Of a stretch of 64,000 nt of DNA, positions 48,742 to 58,541 are shown piece after piece. The position numbers were made by a program, and so were the translations under genes. How positions within the stretch are numbered: the first letter of the stretch is position 1; each line of letters opens with the position of its first letter. The notes beneath the pieces are model-generated. The model had not been told where the DNA came from. It saw only the letters and a program-made list of their open reading frames with translations, and searched no databases. Source of the DNA: an uncultured Alphaproteobacteria bacterium (GTDB taxonomy: Bacteria > Pseudomonadota > Alphaproteobacteria > RF32 > CAG-239); contig CALYBC010000025.1 in assembly GCA_944393725.1 (NCBI GenBank), positions 1,232-65,231 on the forward strand, in the 5' to 3' direction.

Positions 48742-51249
48742 TCAGAAGTTATATGTCAAATCGAAAGATGCCGACCATTCGTTATACTCATCACCGAAGG
48801 TATAGTCAGCATTGGCGCCGATAGCCCAATGATCTGTTAGCTGATAATTCGCCCCTACCTCCATATTTCCTAATGTGCGGTCTTTTGTACCCTCTAAGGT
48901 TAAGCCGTCGCTAAAACGCACATCTTGCTCGGAATTAAAGGTCTGTATGATTGATGGTTTAACATAAATCTGAGCTAATGCACCATCACCATAGGTAACA
49001 TTTTTAGCAAATTTTACACCCAATTCAATCTCGGCATAGTTCACATCATCATAATCAACTGACTTACCGGCATTATCGCCAAATCCGTCAAGATTCAGCA
49101 TTTCATATGTAACTCTCAAGTTAGGCTCAATAGATATACCTTTAATCTCATTAAAGATATAAGAAACATCTACACTGGCACCCAAAATACTACCGTCGGT
49201 ATCGGCAGTAACGCCATCATCCGAAGAAAAGTCGGCTTTTAAAACCTCACCATATATAGCAGCCACTGTCGATAAGTGATTTTTATCCATTCTGTAGAAA
49301 ACACCGGCTAAATAGCTATCAATTGAGGTTTCGGCAGAGCCGTTAAAATTATATTTATCGGAGTTTCCGCTAAAATCATAAGAACCGTTTCTTACTGAAG
49401 CGATAATACCCACCTTATGAGTTCCGTCAGAGATTAAATCTAATCCTGCATCAACACCGGTAATTTCCGCATCATAATTTAGAGGATAATCAATATTAGC
49501 TTTGGCAAATACAGGAGAAACAAAAGCCGACAGCTGAGCTGTTTCCGGTTTGCAAAAAGCAGTATTTGAAAGAGGGGTTTCTTGTAGACATTTTCTTACT
49601 TTGAGGCGGTTTGGAGCAATATTTTTTCTCAAATCGGCAACCAAAGAACGATTTTGCATTAAAGCATTTTCCAACAAACCGGCATAAGCGGCTACCTCGC
49701 TCATAATATTAGTTGAATAAGCATACCATTTATTATCTCTGTTTACCGTATCCCATGCATAAGAACTTCCGTCTACACGCCAAATATTGAAATCAGCCGC
49801 CGTACTCGTATCATCGTTTTGTGCATCAACAAACAAAATCTCGCCATTGCTCATGCTGTCGGATGAAGCAAATAGATGGACATTTGTATTTCCTTGAACA
49901 TCACCATTTATGGTTAAAATATCAGCCGATCCGGCATTAGGGTTCACTTTCAACTTAAGCATACCATTATTTGAAGTGTAATTACCGTCAATGGTAAGGT
50001 TATTGTTTGCATCTGCTGACGCGATATTCAACAAGCCGCCGTTAATAAGGTTTCCTGTTATGGTAAGGTTTTGATTTGCAGTAGAAAGAGTTACATTTTC
50101 ACCAAGATTTATATTGCTGTCTGCATTAAGAGCAAGATTGCCATATAAAGAGATTGTTGTTGGATATAGCTCCGGATTTTCCGCAAGCAATGCAAGGTTG
50201 TCAAATCCTGTTATCTCCGTAGCTCCCGTTCCGATTTCAAAATTGCCGTTTTTGAGAGTTATGGAAGTATCACTAGCCGTAGTTGCAAAACTATTTCCCA
50301 AAGCGGAATTTACACCACCATCCAAAGTAATATCACCGCCAACATTTTGTGCAAAATTTTGATAATCAAACCCGCCGGTTAGTTGTGCTTGGTTTGATAA
50401 GACGGTATTTCCTTGCAAAACCACACCGGCTTCAAGATCAATAATAGCACCGTTAAGAGCGTTAAAATTATTAAAAACGGCGCCGGTTTTACCACTCAGA
50501 GTTCCGCCGTTTTCAACGGAAACATTTTTTGCAGTACCAAAAATTTCAGCGGTAGCAGTTTGAGAGATTGATGCGTTTTCAAGGTTAGAAGAATTATGCA
50601 TTGTGAGAGATCCGCCGGTCATACTAAGATTTGTTAATAAGGAATTATTAGCAGCTGAAATCAACCCATCAGAAATTTCAAGATTGTTGATGGTTCCTCC
50701 GGTTTCTAAATAAGTCTCACCATTGGATATCGTTAATCCGTTAACCGTTCCGCCGTTTTGGACATTAATCCAACCGGAATTTTGCACCACCTCATCGGCT
50801 ACACCACTCACAAAAAGATTGCCGTTTTCATTTACGGTCACACCTTTTGCATTTCCGAATGCTTGCACGGTAATTTTTCCGGTATTTGTAATTTCGGAGC
50901 CGCTTACGATTAAGTTACTTGCGTTTCCGGAGGCTTGAATTTCGACATATCCACCACCGTTTACAACCGTTCCGTCAGAAAATCCGTTGTTTGCCACATA
51001 AAAATTACCACCTTGGTTCACAGTAGTATTGGTTACATGTCCGTTATTGAAAACCGAAAAGTTGCCGCCCGAATTAACAATTGTCCCATCAGCGGTGGCT
51101 TCTTGTTCTATTCCAAGTTGCGGATATCCGGCATGTAGTTCATAGTTATCATATGTTCCGGAAGCGTAGTTTTCTGCCAAAACATTCGCTGAATGCAAGC
51201 TCAAAAAGGTTGTGGTTAATAAGAATAACGAACTTTTTTTAGACAACAT
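48742..51249 (-). CDS. AIDA-like autotransporter, paralogue of 19837-24324
   Basis: Signal peptide, TTVNQGG/GTVVNGGG repeats, autochaperone-like ADILTINGDVQG, barrel ending LTYNF. Confidence 0.9.
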   Translation of the reverse strand: MLSKKSSLFLLTTTFLSLHSANVLAENYASGTYDNYELHAGYPQLGIEQEATADGTIVNSGGNFSVFNNGHVTNTTVNQGGNFYVANNGFSDGTVVNGGGYVEIQASGNASNLIVSGSEITNTGKITVQAFGNAKGVTVNENGNLFVSGVADEVVQNSGWINVQNGGTVNGLTISNGETYLETGGTINNLEISDGLISAANNSLLTNLSMTGGSLTMHNSSNLENASISQTATAEIFGTAKNVSVENGGTLSGKTGAVFNNFNALNGAIIDLEAGVVLQGNTVLSNQAQLTGGFDYQNFAQNVGGDITLDGGVNSALGNSFATTASDTSITLKNGNFEIGTGATEITGFDNLALLAENPELYPTTISLYGNLALNADSNINLGENVTLSTANQNLTITGNLINGGLLNIASADANNNLTIDGNYTSNNGMLKLKVNPNAGSADILTINGDVQGNTNVHLFASSDSMSNGEILFVDAQNDDTSTAADFNIWRVDGSSYAWDTVNRDNKWYAYSTNIMSEVAAYAGLLENALMQNRSLVADLRKNIAPNRLKVRKCLQETPLSNTAFCKPETAQLSAFVSPVFAKANIDYPLNYDAEITGVDAGLDLISDGTHKVGIIASVRNGSYDFSGNSDKYNFNGSAETSIDSYLAGVFYRMDKNHLSTVAAIYGEVLKADFSSDDGVTADTDGSILGASVDVSYIFNEIKGISIEPNLRVTYEMLNLDGFGDNAGKSVDYDDVNYAEIELGVKFAKNVTYGDGALAQIYVKPSIIQTFNSEQDVRFSDGLTLEGTKDRTLGNMEVGANYQLTDHWAIGANADYTFGDEYNEWSASFDLTYNF

Positions 51250-51254
51250 TAGAA

Positions 51255-51355
51255 GAATCCTCCGAATCGCTTATAAGTCGATTCTAGGAAAAAAATATTA
51301 ACAAAATATTTATGATTCATCTTTATGATTCGCGGAGTCCGCAAAAAGTCGATTC
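51255..51355. promoter_or_regulatory. Cluster of seven GANTC sites plus a near-CtrA box upstream of autotransporter 2
   Basis: GANTC at 51255, 51264, 51280, 51314, 51327, 51335, 51351; TTAA-caaaata-TTTA 51298-51312. Confidence 0.7.
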
Positions 51356-51377
51356 TTTTTAAGCTTTTAGCGTTTAA

Positions 51378-51971
51378 TTACAAGACTTTTCTGGAATTAA
51401 GAGCCAGCTGAAGAGTACCCTCGTCCATATAATCAAGCTCAGCGCCCATAGGAATACCTTGTGCCAGAGTAGTAATTTTAAGATTGTAATCCTTAAATTT
51501 AGAAAACAGGTAGTGAGATGTAATTTGTCCGTCTATGGTGGCAGGCAAAGCCAAAAGCAACTCTTTTACCTCTCCCAAGGCCACTCTTTTTTCCAAGTTG
51601 TCTATATTTAAGTCTTCTGGTACAATGCCTTCCATGGCCGATAAAACGCCGCCCAAGACATGATATTTTCCCTTAAAGAGTGAAACCCTTTCCATAGCCC
51701 ACAAATCGGCAACATCGCGTACTACGCAAATAATCGAATTATCGCGGTTTGGCGACGAACAAATCGGGCAGGGGCTTACGGTATCAAAATTTCCGCAGAT
51801 TTCGCAGGTTTTAATATTCTGTGCCACATTGTTTAATGCGGCAATCAAAGGTTCAAAAGCGGTCTCTCGTTTATTTAAGAGGTGCAAAACAATTCTTCGT
51901 GCCGAACGCGAGCCGAGAGAAGGTAGCTTAGCAATTTGCTTTATCAGAACTTCAATATCTTTTCCTGCCAT
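51378..51971 (-). CDS. recR: Recombination protein RecR
   Basis: LPSLGSRSARR, CEICGN..CPIC, YHVLGGVLS, GIPMGAELDY. Confidence 0.96.
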   Translation of the reverse strand: MAGKDIEVLIKQIAKLPSLGSRSARRIVLHLLNKRETAFEPLIAALNNVAQNIKTCEICGNFDTVSPCPICSSPNRDNSIICVVRDVADLWAMERVSLFKGKYHVLGGVLSAMEGIVPEDLNIDNLEKRVALGEVKELLLALPATIDGQITSHYLFSKFKDYNLKITTLAQGIPMGAELDYMDEGTLQLALNSRKVL

Positions 51972-51980
51972 ATTAACCCC

Positions 51981-52301
51981 TTAGAACGGTAACTTCATAC
52001 CACCTAAATTTAGCCCTCCGGTCAAAGCCGAAACGCTTTCGTTCATTTTTGCATCAACCTTGTTTTTAGCATCATTATAAGCGGCTAAAATCAAATCTTC
52101 TAAAATATCATTTTCGTCAGGATTAAGCAAAGATTTATCAATATTGAGCCTGATCATATCAAATTTGCCGTTAAGAGTTATTTTTACCAAGCCGCCGCCG
52201 GAAATTCCTTCAACTTCTTCTTCAGCCAATTTAGCTTGTTCTTCCTGCATTTTTTTCTGCATCATTTGAGCTTGTTTCATCAAATTTTGAATATTCATCA
52301 T
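51981..52301 (-). CDS. ybaB: YbaB/EbfC nucleoid-associated protein
   Basis: MKQAQMMQ, SGGGLV, LEDLILAAYNDA. Confidence 0.95.
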   Translation of the reverse strand: MMNIQNLMKQAQMMQKKMQEEQAKLAEEEVEGISGGGLVKITLNGKFDMIRLNIDKSLLNPDENDILEDLILAAYNDAKNKVDAKMNESVSALTGGLNLGGMKLPF

Positions 52302-52303
52302 GA

Positions 52304-53989
52304 TTAATTATCCTCATCAAAATAAGTGTTTTCTTCATAGAAGAAGGATGGTTCTTCTTCAGTATCTTCCTGACTTGCTATTTTTCTGGTCAATGTATCG
52401 ATTTTAGCTCCTCGGAATTCGGCCATTATGGCTTTAACCAGGGGTAAATCCATCACATCTCTTTTCAATTCGCGGTCTTTTGCCGCTTCTTTGTCGGCCA
52501 GCGTTTCTCCCAAAGGGCCTTTTTGTATATTTATCTTCCACTTAATACCTGTTGCTTCGGTTAGGGTGTTTTGCAAATTGAGCAAGAAATCATTATTGAT
52601 TTTCTCGCTGGTATTAACCGACATTTCACCGTTAGCAAATTGGTTAAAAGAGAAATCATTTTTGATGGAGTAAGCCATCATAATTTTTTTGTTTTCTACC
52701 AAAAAATCAACCATTTCCTCCGGTGATGAAAAAACGACCATTGCCTCGCCGTCATTGTCAACGTTCTTAGTCGCAAAAGAAACATTTTCGGTTTGTTTTA
52801 GGGCACTGTTGTCTAAGAAATTAGAGTTTTTTTTTAAGCCATCCAGAATCTCAGCCGGAGAGGGAAGATTAGCCGAAAAGGCAATTCTGATTAATATCAT
52901 TTCCAGTGCATCGGCTTGTACCGGAGCAATATTAACCTCACTCAAGCCTTTAATCAGCATTTGCCAAATTTTAGAAAGAATGGCAATAGGAATATTTGGA
53001 GCCAAACGGTTGCAAAAATCTTTTTCGTTTTCTGACAACGCCGGACTTTTAAGTACTTCAGGCACAATTTTAACCTTAGCCAGCATATGAGTAAGATTAA
53101 TTAAATCTTGCAGCAAGGTCAGAGGATTAGCTCCGTTTTGATGTTGATTGGCAAGGTTTTCCATAACCTTTTCCATATTTCCGCCGACCAAGGCTTCAAA
53201 CAATTCAAAAGTCAAAGTTCTGTCAGCCAAGCCAATCATATTTTTTACAATATCGGTTCTAACTTCCCCGGCACCGAGCGAAATTGCTTGATCAAGCATT
53301 GACAATCCGTCGCGGCAAGAACCGTCGGCCGCTTTCGCAATCAGGTGCAAAGCCTCATCATCGGCTTTAAGGTTTTCTTTTTGAATAATGTTTTTGAAGT
53401 GATTAACCAATGTCTCTATAGAAAGTCTTTGCAAATCAAATCTTTGGCAACGCGATAAAATGGTAACCGGAACTTTTCTGATTTCGGTAGTGGCAAAGAT
53501 AAAAACAACATGAGAAGGAGGTTCTTCCAAGGTTTTAAGCAAGGCGTTGAACGCCTGTTTAGAAAGCATATGAATTTCATCGATGATATATACTTTATAG
53601 CGAGCATTTGTAGGCTTATATCTTACCCCGTCCAAAATTTCTCTGATATCGTCAACGCCGGTTCTGGAAGCCGCATCAAGTTCCAACACATCAATATGAC
53701 GAGATTCTGCAATGGCACGGCAGTTTTCACATATTCCGCAAGGGTTTACGGTAGCGCCGCCGGAAGCATCTTTTCCGGTGCAATTAAGTGCTTTAGCAAT
53801 AATTCTGGCGGTGGTTGTTTTTCCGACACCTCTTATTCCTGTAAGAATATATGCGTGGTGCAGTCGATTATTTTTTATGGCGTTGGTAATAGTTTTAACC
53901 AATGCATCTTGTCCCAACAGCTCATTAAAATTCTGCGGACGGTACTTGCGTGCTAAAACTACATAATTTTCTTGTTTATCTTCAGCCAT
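52304..53989 (-). CDS. dnaX: DNA polymerase III tau/gamma subunit
   Basis: LARKYRP, GIRGVGKTT, IIDEIHML, SRCQRF. Confidence 0.97.
   Translation of the reverse strand: MAEDKQENYVVLARKYRPQNFNELLGQDALVKTITNAIKNNRLHHAYILTGIRGVGKTTTARIIAKALNCTGKDASGGATVNPCGICENCRAIAESRHIDVLELDAASRTGVDDIREILDGVRYKPTNARYKVYIIDEIHMLSKQAFNALLKTLEEPPSHVVFIFATTEIRKVPVTILSRCQRFDLQRLSIETLVNHFKNIIQKENLKADDEALHLIAKAADGSCRDGLSMLDQAISLGAGEVRTDIVKNMIGLADRTLTFELFEALVGGNMEKVMENLANQHQNGANPLTLLQDLINLTHMLAKVKIVPEVLKSPALSENEKDFCNRLAPNIPIAILSKIWQMLIKGLSEVNIAPVQADALEMILIRIAFSANLPSPAEILDGLKKNSNFLDNSALKQTENVSFATKNVDNDGEAMVVFSSPEEMVDFLVENKKIMMAYSIKNDFSFNQFANGEMSVNTSEKINNDFLLNLQNTLTEATGIKWKINIQKGPLGETLADKEAAKDRELKRDVMDLPLVKAIMAEFRGAKIDTLTRKIASQEDTEEEPSFFYEENTYFDEDN
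52821..52837 (-). other. A9 slippery site in dnaX with immediate -1-frame stop
   Basis: Minus strand TTA AAA AAA AAC TCT AA; shifted frame reads AAA CTC TAA. Confidence 0.65.
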
Positions 53990-54009
53990 AAATCAACCTT
54001 ATAAAAAAT

Positions 54010-54102
54010 GGTGGAGGAAAAACGACCTTAGACTAAATCGTTACGGCTGCTTTCTTCCGAACCTGACCGGATTGGCGACCAGCTAACCCGCTCTCCTCCG
54101 CT
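54010..54102 (-). ncRNA. ffs: Signal recognition particle (4.5S) RNA
   Basis: GGTCAGGTTCGGAAGAAAGCAGCC domain IV core; terminal GGAGGA/TCCTCC pairing; upstream of dnaX. Confidence 0.9.
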
Positions 54103-54152
54103 AACATCATTAGCAAAAAACAGCACTCATTTCAAGACAAAATATATCCTAC

Positions 54153-55622
54153 TCACTGATTTATTGCAACACCCATACTTTTGAGTTGTTGCCTGATAAT
54201 TTCAGCTTCATTATTTTCCAAGTTTTCATTTTCCGTATATACCGGTTGGGAAATCATTTGCCCGTAAATTATGATTTGAGCCAATGCGGCATCTTTGCCG
54301 AAAATCTGTGGAGCTTTGTAATTTTCATCAAAGACGAACTCAGGTAAAGGTTCGGCAATGCTTTCAAAATAAGTATATCCGCTGTCGACCGGCACATTGC
54401 CTAAACGACTAACTTCAACAACACTGAGAGAGTGTTGATTCGAGCCATCTTTAAAAAATCTGATTTTACCGTTTATTCCGTTAAATCCGGCGGTATCGGT
54501 AATGTTCTCGTTAATATTTTCGGCTGTGGAAGAAGCTAACTGCGAAGCAATTGCAACCGCGTCGTAAGCTAAAGTATAAAGACTGCTGGGTCTTTCGTTA
54601 AAAATCATGTAATATTGCGTAGCAAAGTCAGAAGACTGATTTTTATCCAAAGCAGGGTACAAGCTTTTACTGAAAATAGCTTCATTATTTAGTCTAGAAC
54701 CTTCCCACATTGAAGTGCCCAAAAACTGTACTTGCGGATAAGCCACATCATAATATGAGAACATTGCCACTGCCGCGGTCAGTTTGGCCCCGTTTTCGGC
54801 TATCAGCAAAGCATCAAACCCCACATCACCTAAGCCTTCGCGAGTTGAAAGTTTTTTTAGGTCATTAACGGCCCGCGTATCACCGGTATCTGCTTTTGAC
54901 TGTAAAACGGCTTTGATTCTGGCAACATTGGCATGCCTTTTGTCATAGTTTGACATTTGCTTTGCCAGAGTTGAAAAATCTGATGTACCGGGTTTAAAAA
55001 AGCCTATTTTGGTAATTTCAACATTGTTTTTCTGTGCTGCTTTAACGGCTGCTTTAGCCACGGCAGCACCCGTTCCGTTATCAGGCAGCAAAAGGGCAAA
55101 TCTCACGTGCCCTTGTTTTGCCGCATAAGAAATGATTCTATCGACCTGTTCTTCAACCAAAAGCCCCATTGAATATACGGTTGGTTGCAAAACTTCTTGA
55201 GCCGTAGAAAAAGCAATAACCGGAATTCCACGATAGATTGTTTCATTAGAAATAGCCTGAACTTCCTGACTTTTTAGCGGCCCGACAATAAGGTCGGCTC
55301 CTTGATTAGCCGCATTTTCAACGGCAATTCTGGCACCGGAAGGAGTACTTTGAGTATCATAATACTGCAAGACCAGATTAGGGTTGTTTATTTGATTGAG
55401 GGCAATCATAGAAGCCTTCTTCAACCCTTGACCGTATTTTGCGTCACTTCCGGTCAAAGGCAAAAGCATGGCTGTTCTAAAGCTTTTGCCGTCAGAAATA
55501 CCGATTTCTTCAATATCTGTAGAATAACTTTTGGCTCCGCCCTCATCTTTGATGGTGTCCGAAGCACAAGAAGCAATGAAAAGGCATAAGCAAATAAGAG
55601 AAAATTTTTTAAACACTTGCAA
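54153..55622 (-). CDS. LpoA/LppC-like penicillin-binding-protein activator lipoprotein
   Basis: Lipobox IASC, AMLLPLTG, LIVGPL, LAYDAV, GFNGING..RF; divergent from rsmI. Confidence 0.82.
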   Translation of the reverse strand: MQVFKKFSLICLCLFIASCASDTIKDEGGAKSYSTDIEEIGISDGKSFRTAMLLPLTGSDAKYGQGLKKASMIALNQINNPNLVLQYYDTQSTPSGARIAVENAANQGADLIVGPLKSQEVQAISNETIYRGIPVIAFSTAQEVLQPTVYSMGLLVEEQVDRIISYAAKQGHVRFALLLPDNGTGAAVAKAAVKAAQKNNVEITKIGFFKPGTSDFSTLAKQMSNYDKRHANVARIKAVLQSKADTGDTRAVNDLKKLSTREGLGDVGFDALLIAENGAKLTAAVAMFSYYDVAYPQVQFLGTSMWEGSRLNNEAIFSKSLYPALDKNQSSDFATQYYMIFNERPSSLYTLAYDAVAIASQLASSTAENINENITDTAGFNGINGKIRFFKDGSNQHSLSVVEVSRLGNVPVDSGYTYFESIAEPLPEFVFDENYKAPQIFGKDAALAQIIIYGQMISQPVYTENENLENNEAEIIRQQLKSMGVAINQ

Positions 55623-55696
55623 TTTATCCCAAAATATAAAACAATCTTACCGATAAGTTTTAGCTTAAAAAACTTTTGTTGTAAAGAGAGGTCTTA

Positions 55697-56533
55697 ATGA
55701 AAAGCGGTATTTATCTTGTCGCCACCCCCATTGGCAACATCGGAGATATTACCATCAGAGCTTTAGATGTATTGAAGTCTGCTGATATTATAGCCTGTGA
55801 AGACACCAGAGTAACCAAAAAATTATTTACTTTGTTGGGGCTAAACAAGAGTGACAAAGAATTTTTTGTGATGCACGACCACAACGAGGAAGAAACCTCT
55901 CAAAAACTGATAGATTTTGCTGTTTCCGGCAAAATAGTTGCTTATGTGTCTGATGCCGGCTCTCCGTTGATTTCAGACCCCGGCTATAAACTGGTTAAAC
56001 ATTGCCGTAGTCAAAATGTTTATTTTACGACGATTCCCGGCGCCTGTGCTGCAATTTGCAGCTTGCAATTATCAGGATTGCCCAGTAACAAATTTATGTT
56101 TGCCGGCTTCATTCCCAACAAAGAAAAAGCCCGCAAAGAAGCTTTAAGTCAGTACAAAAATTTAGATGCTACGCTCATATTTTACGAAACCGCCAATCGC
56201 TTACTCAAAACTTTGTCGGTCGTTTCCGAGATTTTTGGCGACCGAGAAATTGCCGTTGCCAGAGAAATAAGCAAACTCTACGAAGAATGCAAAAGCGGCA
56301 CGGCTTTAGAGCTTATATCATACTACACCGACAATCAGCCCAAGGGTGAAATTGTTTTACTTATATCTCCGGTTGTAGCGAAAGATATAGTTGTCGAAGA
56401 TTATATTTCCGAGCTTAAAAAAGAACTTGAAAACAATAAGTTGCGTACAGCCGTCGACAATATTGTCTCAAAATACGGCCTAAACAAAAAAGAAGTTTAT
56501 CAAAAAGCCTTGGAGCTAAAAGATGCTAAGTAA
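55697..56533 (+). CDS. rsmI: 16S rRNA C1402 2'-O-methyltransferase
   Basis: LVATPIGNIGDIT, ACEDTR, SDAGSPLISDPG, AREISKLYEE, KGEIV. Confidence 0.96.
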   Translation: MKSGIYLVATPIGNIGDITIRALDVLKSADIIACEDTRVTKKLFTLLGLNKSDKEFFVMHDHNEEETSQKLIDFAVSGKIVAYVSDAGSPLISDPGYKLVKHCRSQNVYFTTIPGACAAICSLQLSGLPSNKFMFAGFIPNKEKARKEALSQYKNLDATLIFYETANRLLKTLSVVSEIFGDREIAVAREISKLYEECKSGTALELISYYTDNQPKGEIVLLISPVVAKDIVVEDYISELKKELENNKLRTAVDNIVSKYGLNKKEVYQKALELKDAK

Positions 56534-56873
56534 TTTTAGCGGAAAATTTGCCGAGTATATGGCAATTTTTTATTTGTATATCAAAGGATACCGTCTGGTA
56601 AAACACAACTATATAACCGGCCGCGGAACCGGAGCCGGTGAAATAGACATCATCGTCAAAAAAAGGCATTTACTGGTTTTTGTTGAGGTTAAAAAACGCG
56701 GAGATTTAGCTAACGCCGCCTATGCAATTAAACCCAAGCAACAACAACGGATTCGCCGTGCTGCCGAAAACTTTGTTGCTAAGCACCAAAACTTTGCAAA
56801 CTTTGACATCAGGTTCGACGCGATTTTGGTAAAACCGCCTTTTTGCCTGCAGCATATAATCGACGCTTTCTAA
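56523..56873 (+). CDS. yraN: YraN family nuclease-like protein
   Basis: GEIDII, FVEVK, IRFD, HIIDAF. Confidence 0.9.
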   Translation: MLSNFSGKFAEYMAIFYLYIKGYRLVKHNYITGRGTGAGEIDIIVKKRHLLVFVEVKKRGDLANAAYAIKPKQQQRIRRAAENFVAKHQNFANFDIRFDAILVKPPFCLQHIIDAF

Positions 56874-56875
56874 GT

Positions 56876-57946
56876 CTAAACATTTTGTTTCTTTGATTTT
56901 AGCTGTCCGCAAGCGGCCAAAATATCTTGTCCTCTTGCCACTCTTATAGGAGCCTCATAGCCGGCTGCTTCCAATATCTTGGCAAAAGCATGAACTTTAT
57001 TATTTGAGCTTGGTTGAAAATCGCACCCCGGCCAAGGATTAAAAGGAATAAGATTAAATTTGGCGCCTAGATTATACTTTTTCATCAAAGCAATCAGTTC
57101 CTTGGCATCATCCGGAGTGTCATTAAAATCTTTCAGCATCAAATACTCAAAGGTAATCATTCTGCTCATACCCATGATTGCTTGGTATTTTTGACAAGCC
57201 GATAAAACATCTTCAATTTTATAGCGATTATTAATCGGCATAATTTGCGAGCGCTTTTCATTATTCGGAGCATGCAAGCTGATAGCCAATTTTACACCTA
57301 ATTCTGCTGCCACTGCTTCGATATTTGGTGCGATTCCGGAGGTCGAAAGAGTAATTCTGCGCTTTGAGATGGCGATGCCGTCACCGTCAGACAAAATTTT
57401 TAAGGCCTTAAAGGTTTCTTCTTTATTATGCAGCGGCTCGCCCATGCCCATTACCACAATATTTGAAAGATATCTGGTTTCATTGGTGGGTGAGGGCCAT
57501 TCACCATAGGCATCACGAGCGACCATAAACTGTGCCACAATTTCTCCTGCCGTCAGGTTTCTGGTAATTTTCTGGCTTCCGGTATGGCAGAATTTACACC
57601 CCACCGCACAACCGACCTGAGTGGAAATACATACAGCACCGCGGTCTTCTTCGGGGATATATACTGTCTCGATTCTTTGTCCGTCATCAAATTCCAAAAG
57701 CCATTTGTGGGTTTTGTCTTTAGAAATTTGTTCGGCAACAATTTTAGGTCTTTTAATCGTATAATTTTCTTTTAGTTTAGCACGCAAATCCTTTGACAAA
57801 TTGCTCATATTATCAAAATCGGATTCCCCGCGAAAATAAATCCATTGCCATAGCTGCTTTGCTCGAAAAGGCTTTTCGCCCAAATTGGCAAGTTCGTTAG
57901 CTAACTCTTCTTTAGATAAACCGATAAGATTTTTCATTTTTTGCAC
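56876..57946 (-). CDS. rlmN: Radical SAM RNA methyltransferase RlmN
   Basis: CISTQVGCAVGCKFC, MGMGEP, ISLHA, DILAACGQL. Confidence 0.97.
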   Translation of the reverse strand: MQKMKNLIGLSKEELANELANLGEKPFRAKQLWQWIYFRGESDFDNMSNLSKDLRAKLKENYTIKRPKIVAEQISKDKTHKWLLEFDDGQRIETVYIPEEDRGAVCISTQVGCAVGCKFCHTGSQKITRNLTAGEIVAQFMVARDAYGEWPSPTNETRYLSNIVVMGMGEPLHNKEETFKALKILSDGDGIAISKRRITLSTSGIAPNIEAVAAELGVKLAISLHAPNNEKRSQIMPINNRYKIEDVLSACQKYQAIMGMSRMITFEYLMLKDFNDTPDDAKELIALMKKYNLGAKFNLIPFNPWPGCDFQPSSNNKVHAFAKILEAAGYEAPIRVARGQDILAACGQLKSKKQNV

Positions 57947-58443
57947 TTATTTGAAATAGCTTTATAAGCGGCGGTAAAGCCATTTAAGGAATATGTATCT
58001 TTAGTTTTTGTACCTCTGGAAGACTCCCCGTCAACAATCATTCTCAAGCCTCTTTTCATTGCCGCAACAATTTCTTGATCGGTTTTTTCATTAATCGCCC
58101 AAGCTTTATCGCCGCTGGTAAAGGTATCGGTAAAAGTCTTAGTACCGATTTTTATCTCAACCGGAGCTCCGGATTTATAGGTATATCCGGCGTTAATGTT
58201 GACAACATCAAAACTTTTTTCGTTTGGGCGGTGGGTGACCACAAAATAAATATCCCCGCGTTTAGAATATTTACCCTCATCTTTTTTAGGTGTTGAAGCC
58301 ATATAGCATACCGGACCTGATTTATCACGATAGTAATAAGCCGCCCAGTCCCCATACTCGCCGATAAGCTGCGGAGCCGCGGCCAAAGAAGTCTGAGCCG
58401 TAAATAACAAACTTGCAAAAGCAACAAATAAAGTTTTTTTCAT
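57934..58443 (-). CDS. Invasion-associated locus B (IalB) family protein
   Basis: Signal peptide, GEYGDW, CYMAS.P, G.S.RGT.T.DTYSL.GFTAA...C; upstream of rlmN. Confidence 0.85.
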   Translation of the reverse strand: MKKTLFVAFASLLFTAQTSLAAAPQLIGEYGDWAAYYYRDKSGPVCYMASTPKKDEGKYSKRGDIYFVVTHRPNEKSFDVVNINAGYTYKSGAPVEIKIGTKTFTDTFTSGDKAWAINEKTDQEIVAAMKRGLRMIVDGESSRGTKTKDTYSLNGFTAAYKAISNKCKK

Positions 58444-58541
58444 TCTCAAATACTCACATTTAAAGTTACAGATGTGATAATAATAATTGCAAAATATATA
58501 AAAAATGTTAACTTCAAGAAAATTTTTATCAAAGGCGTGTT

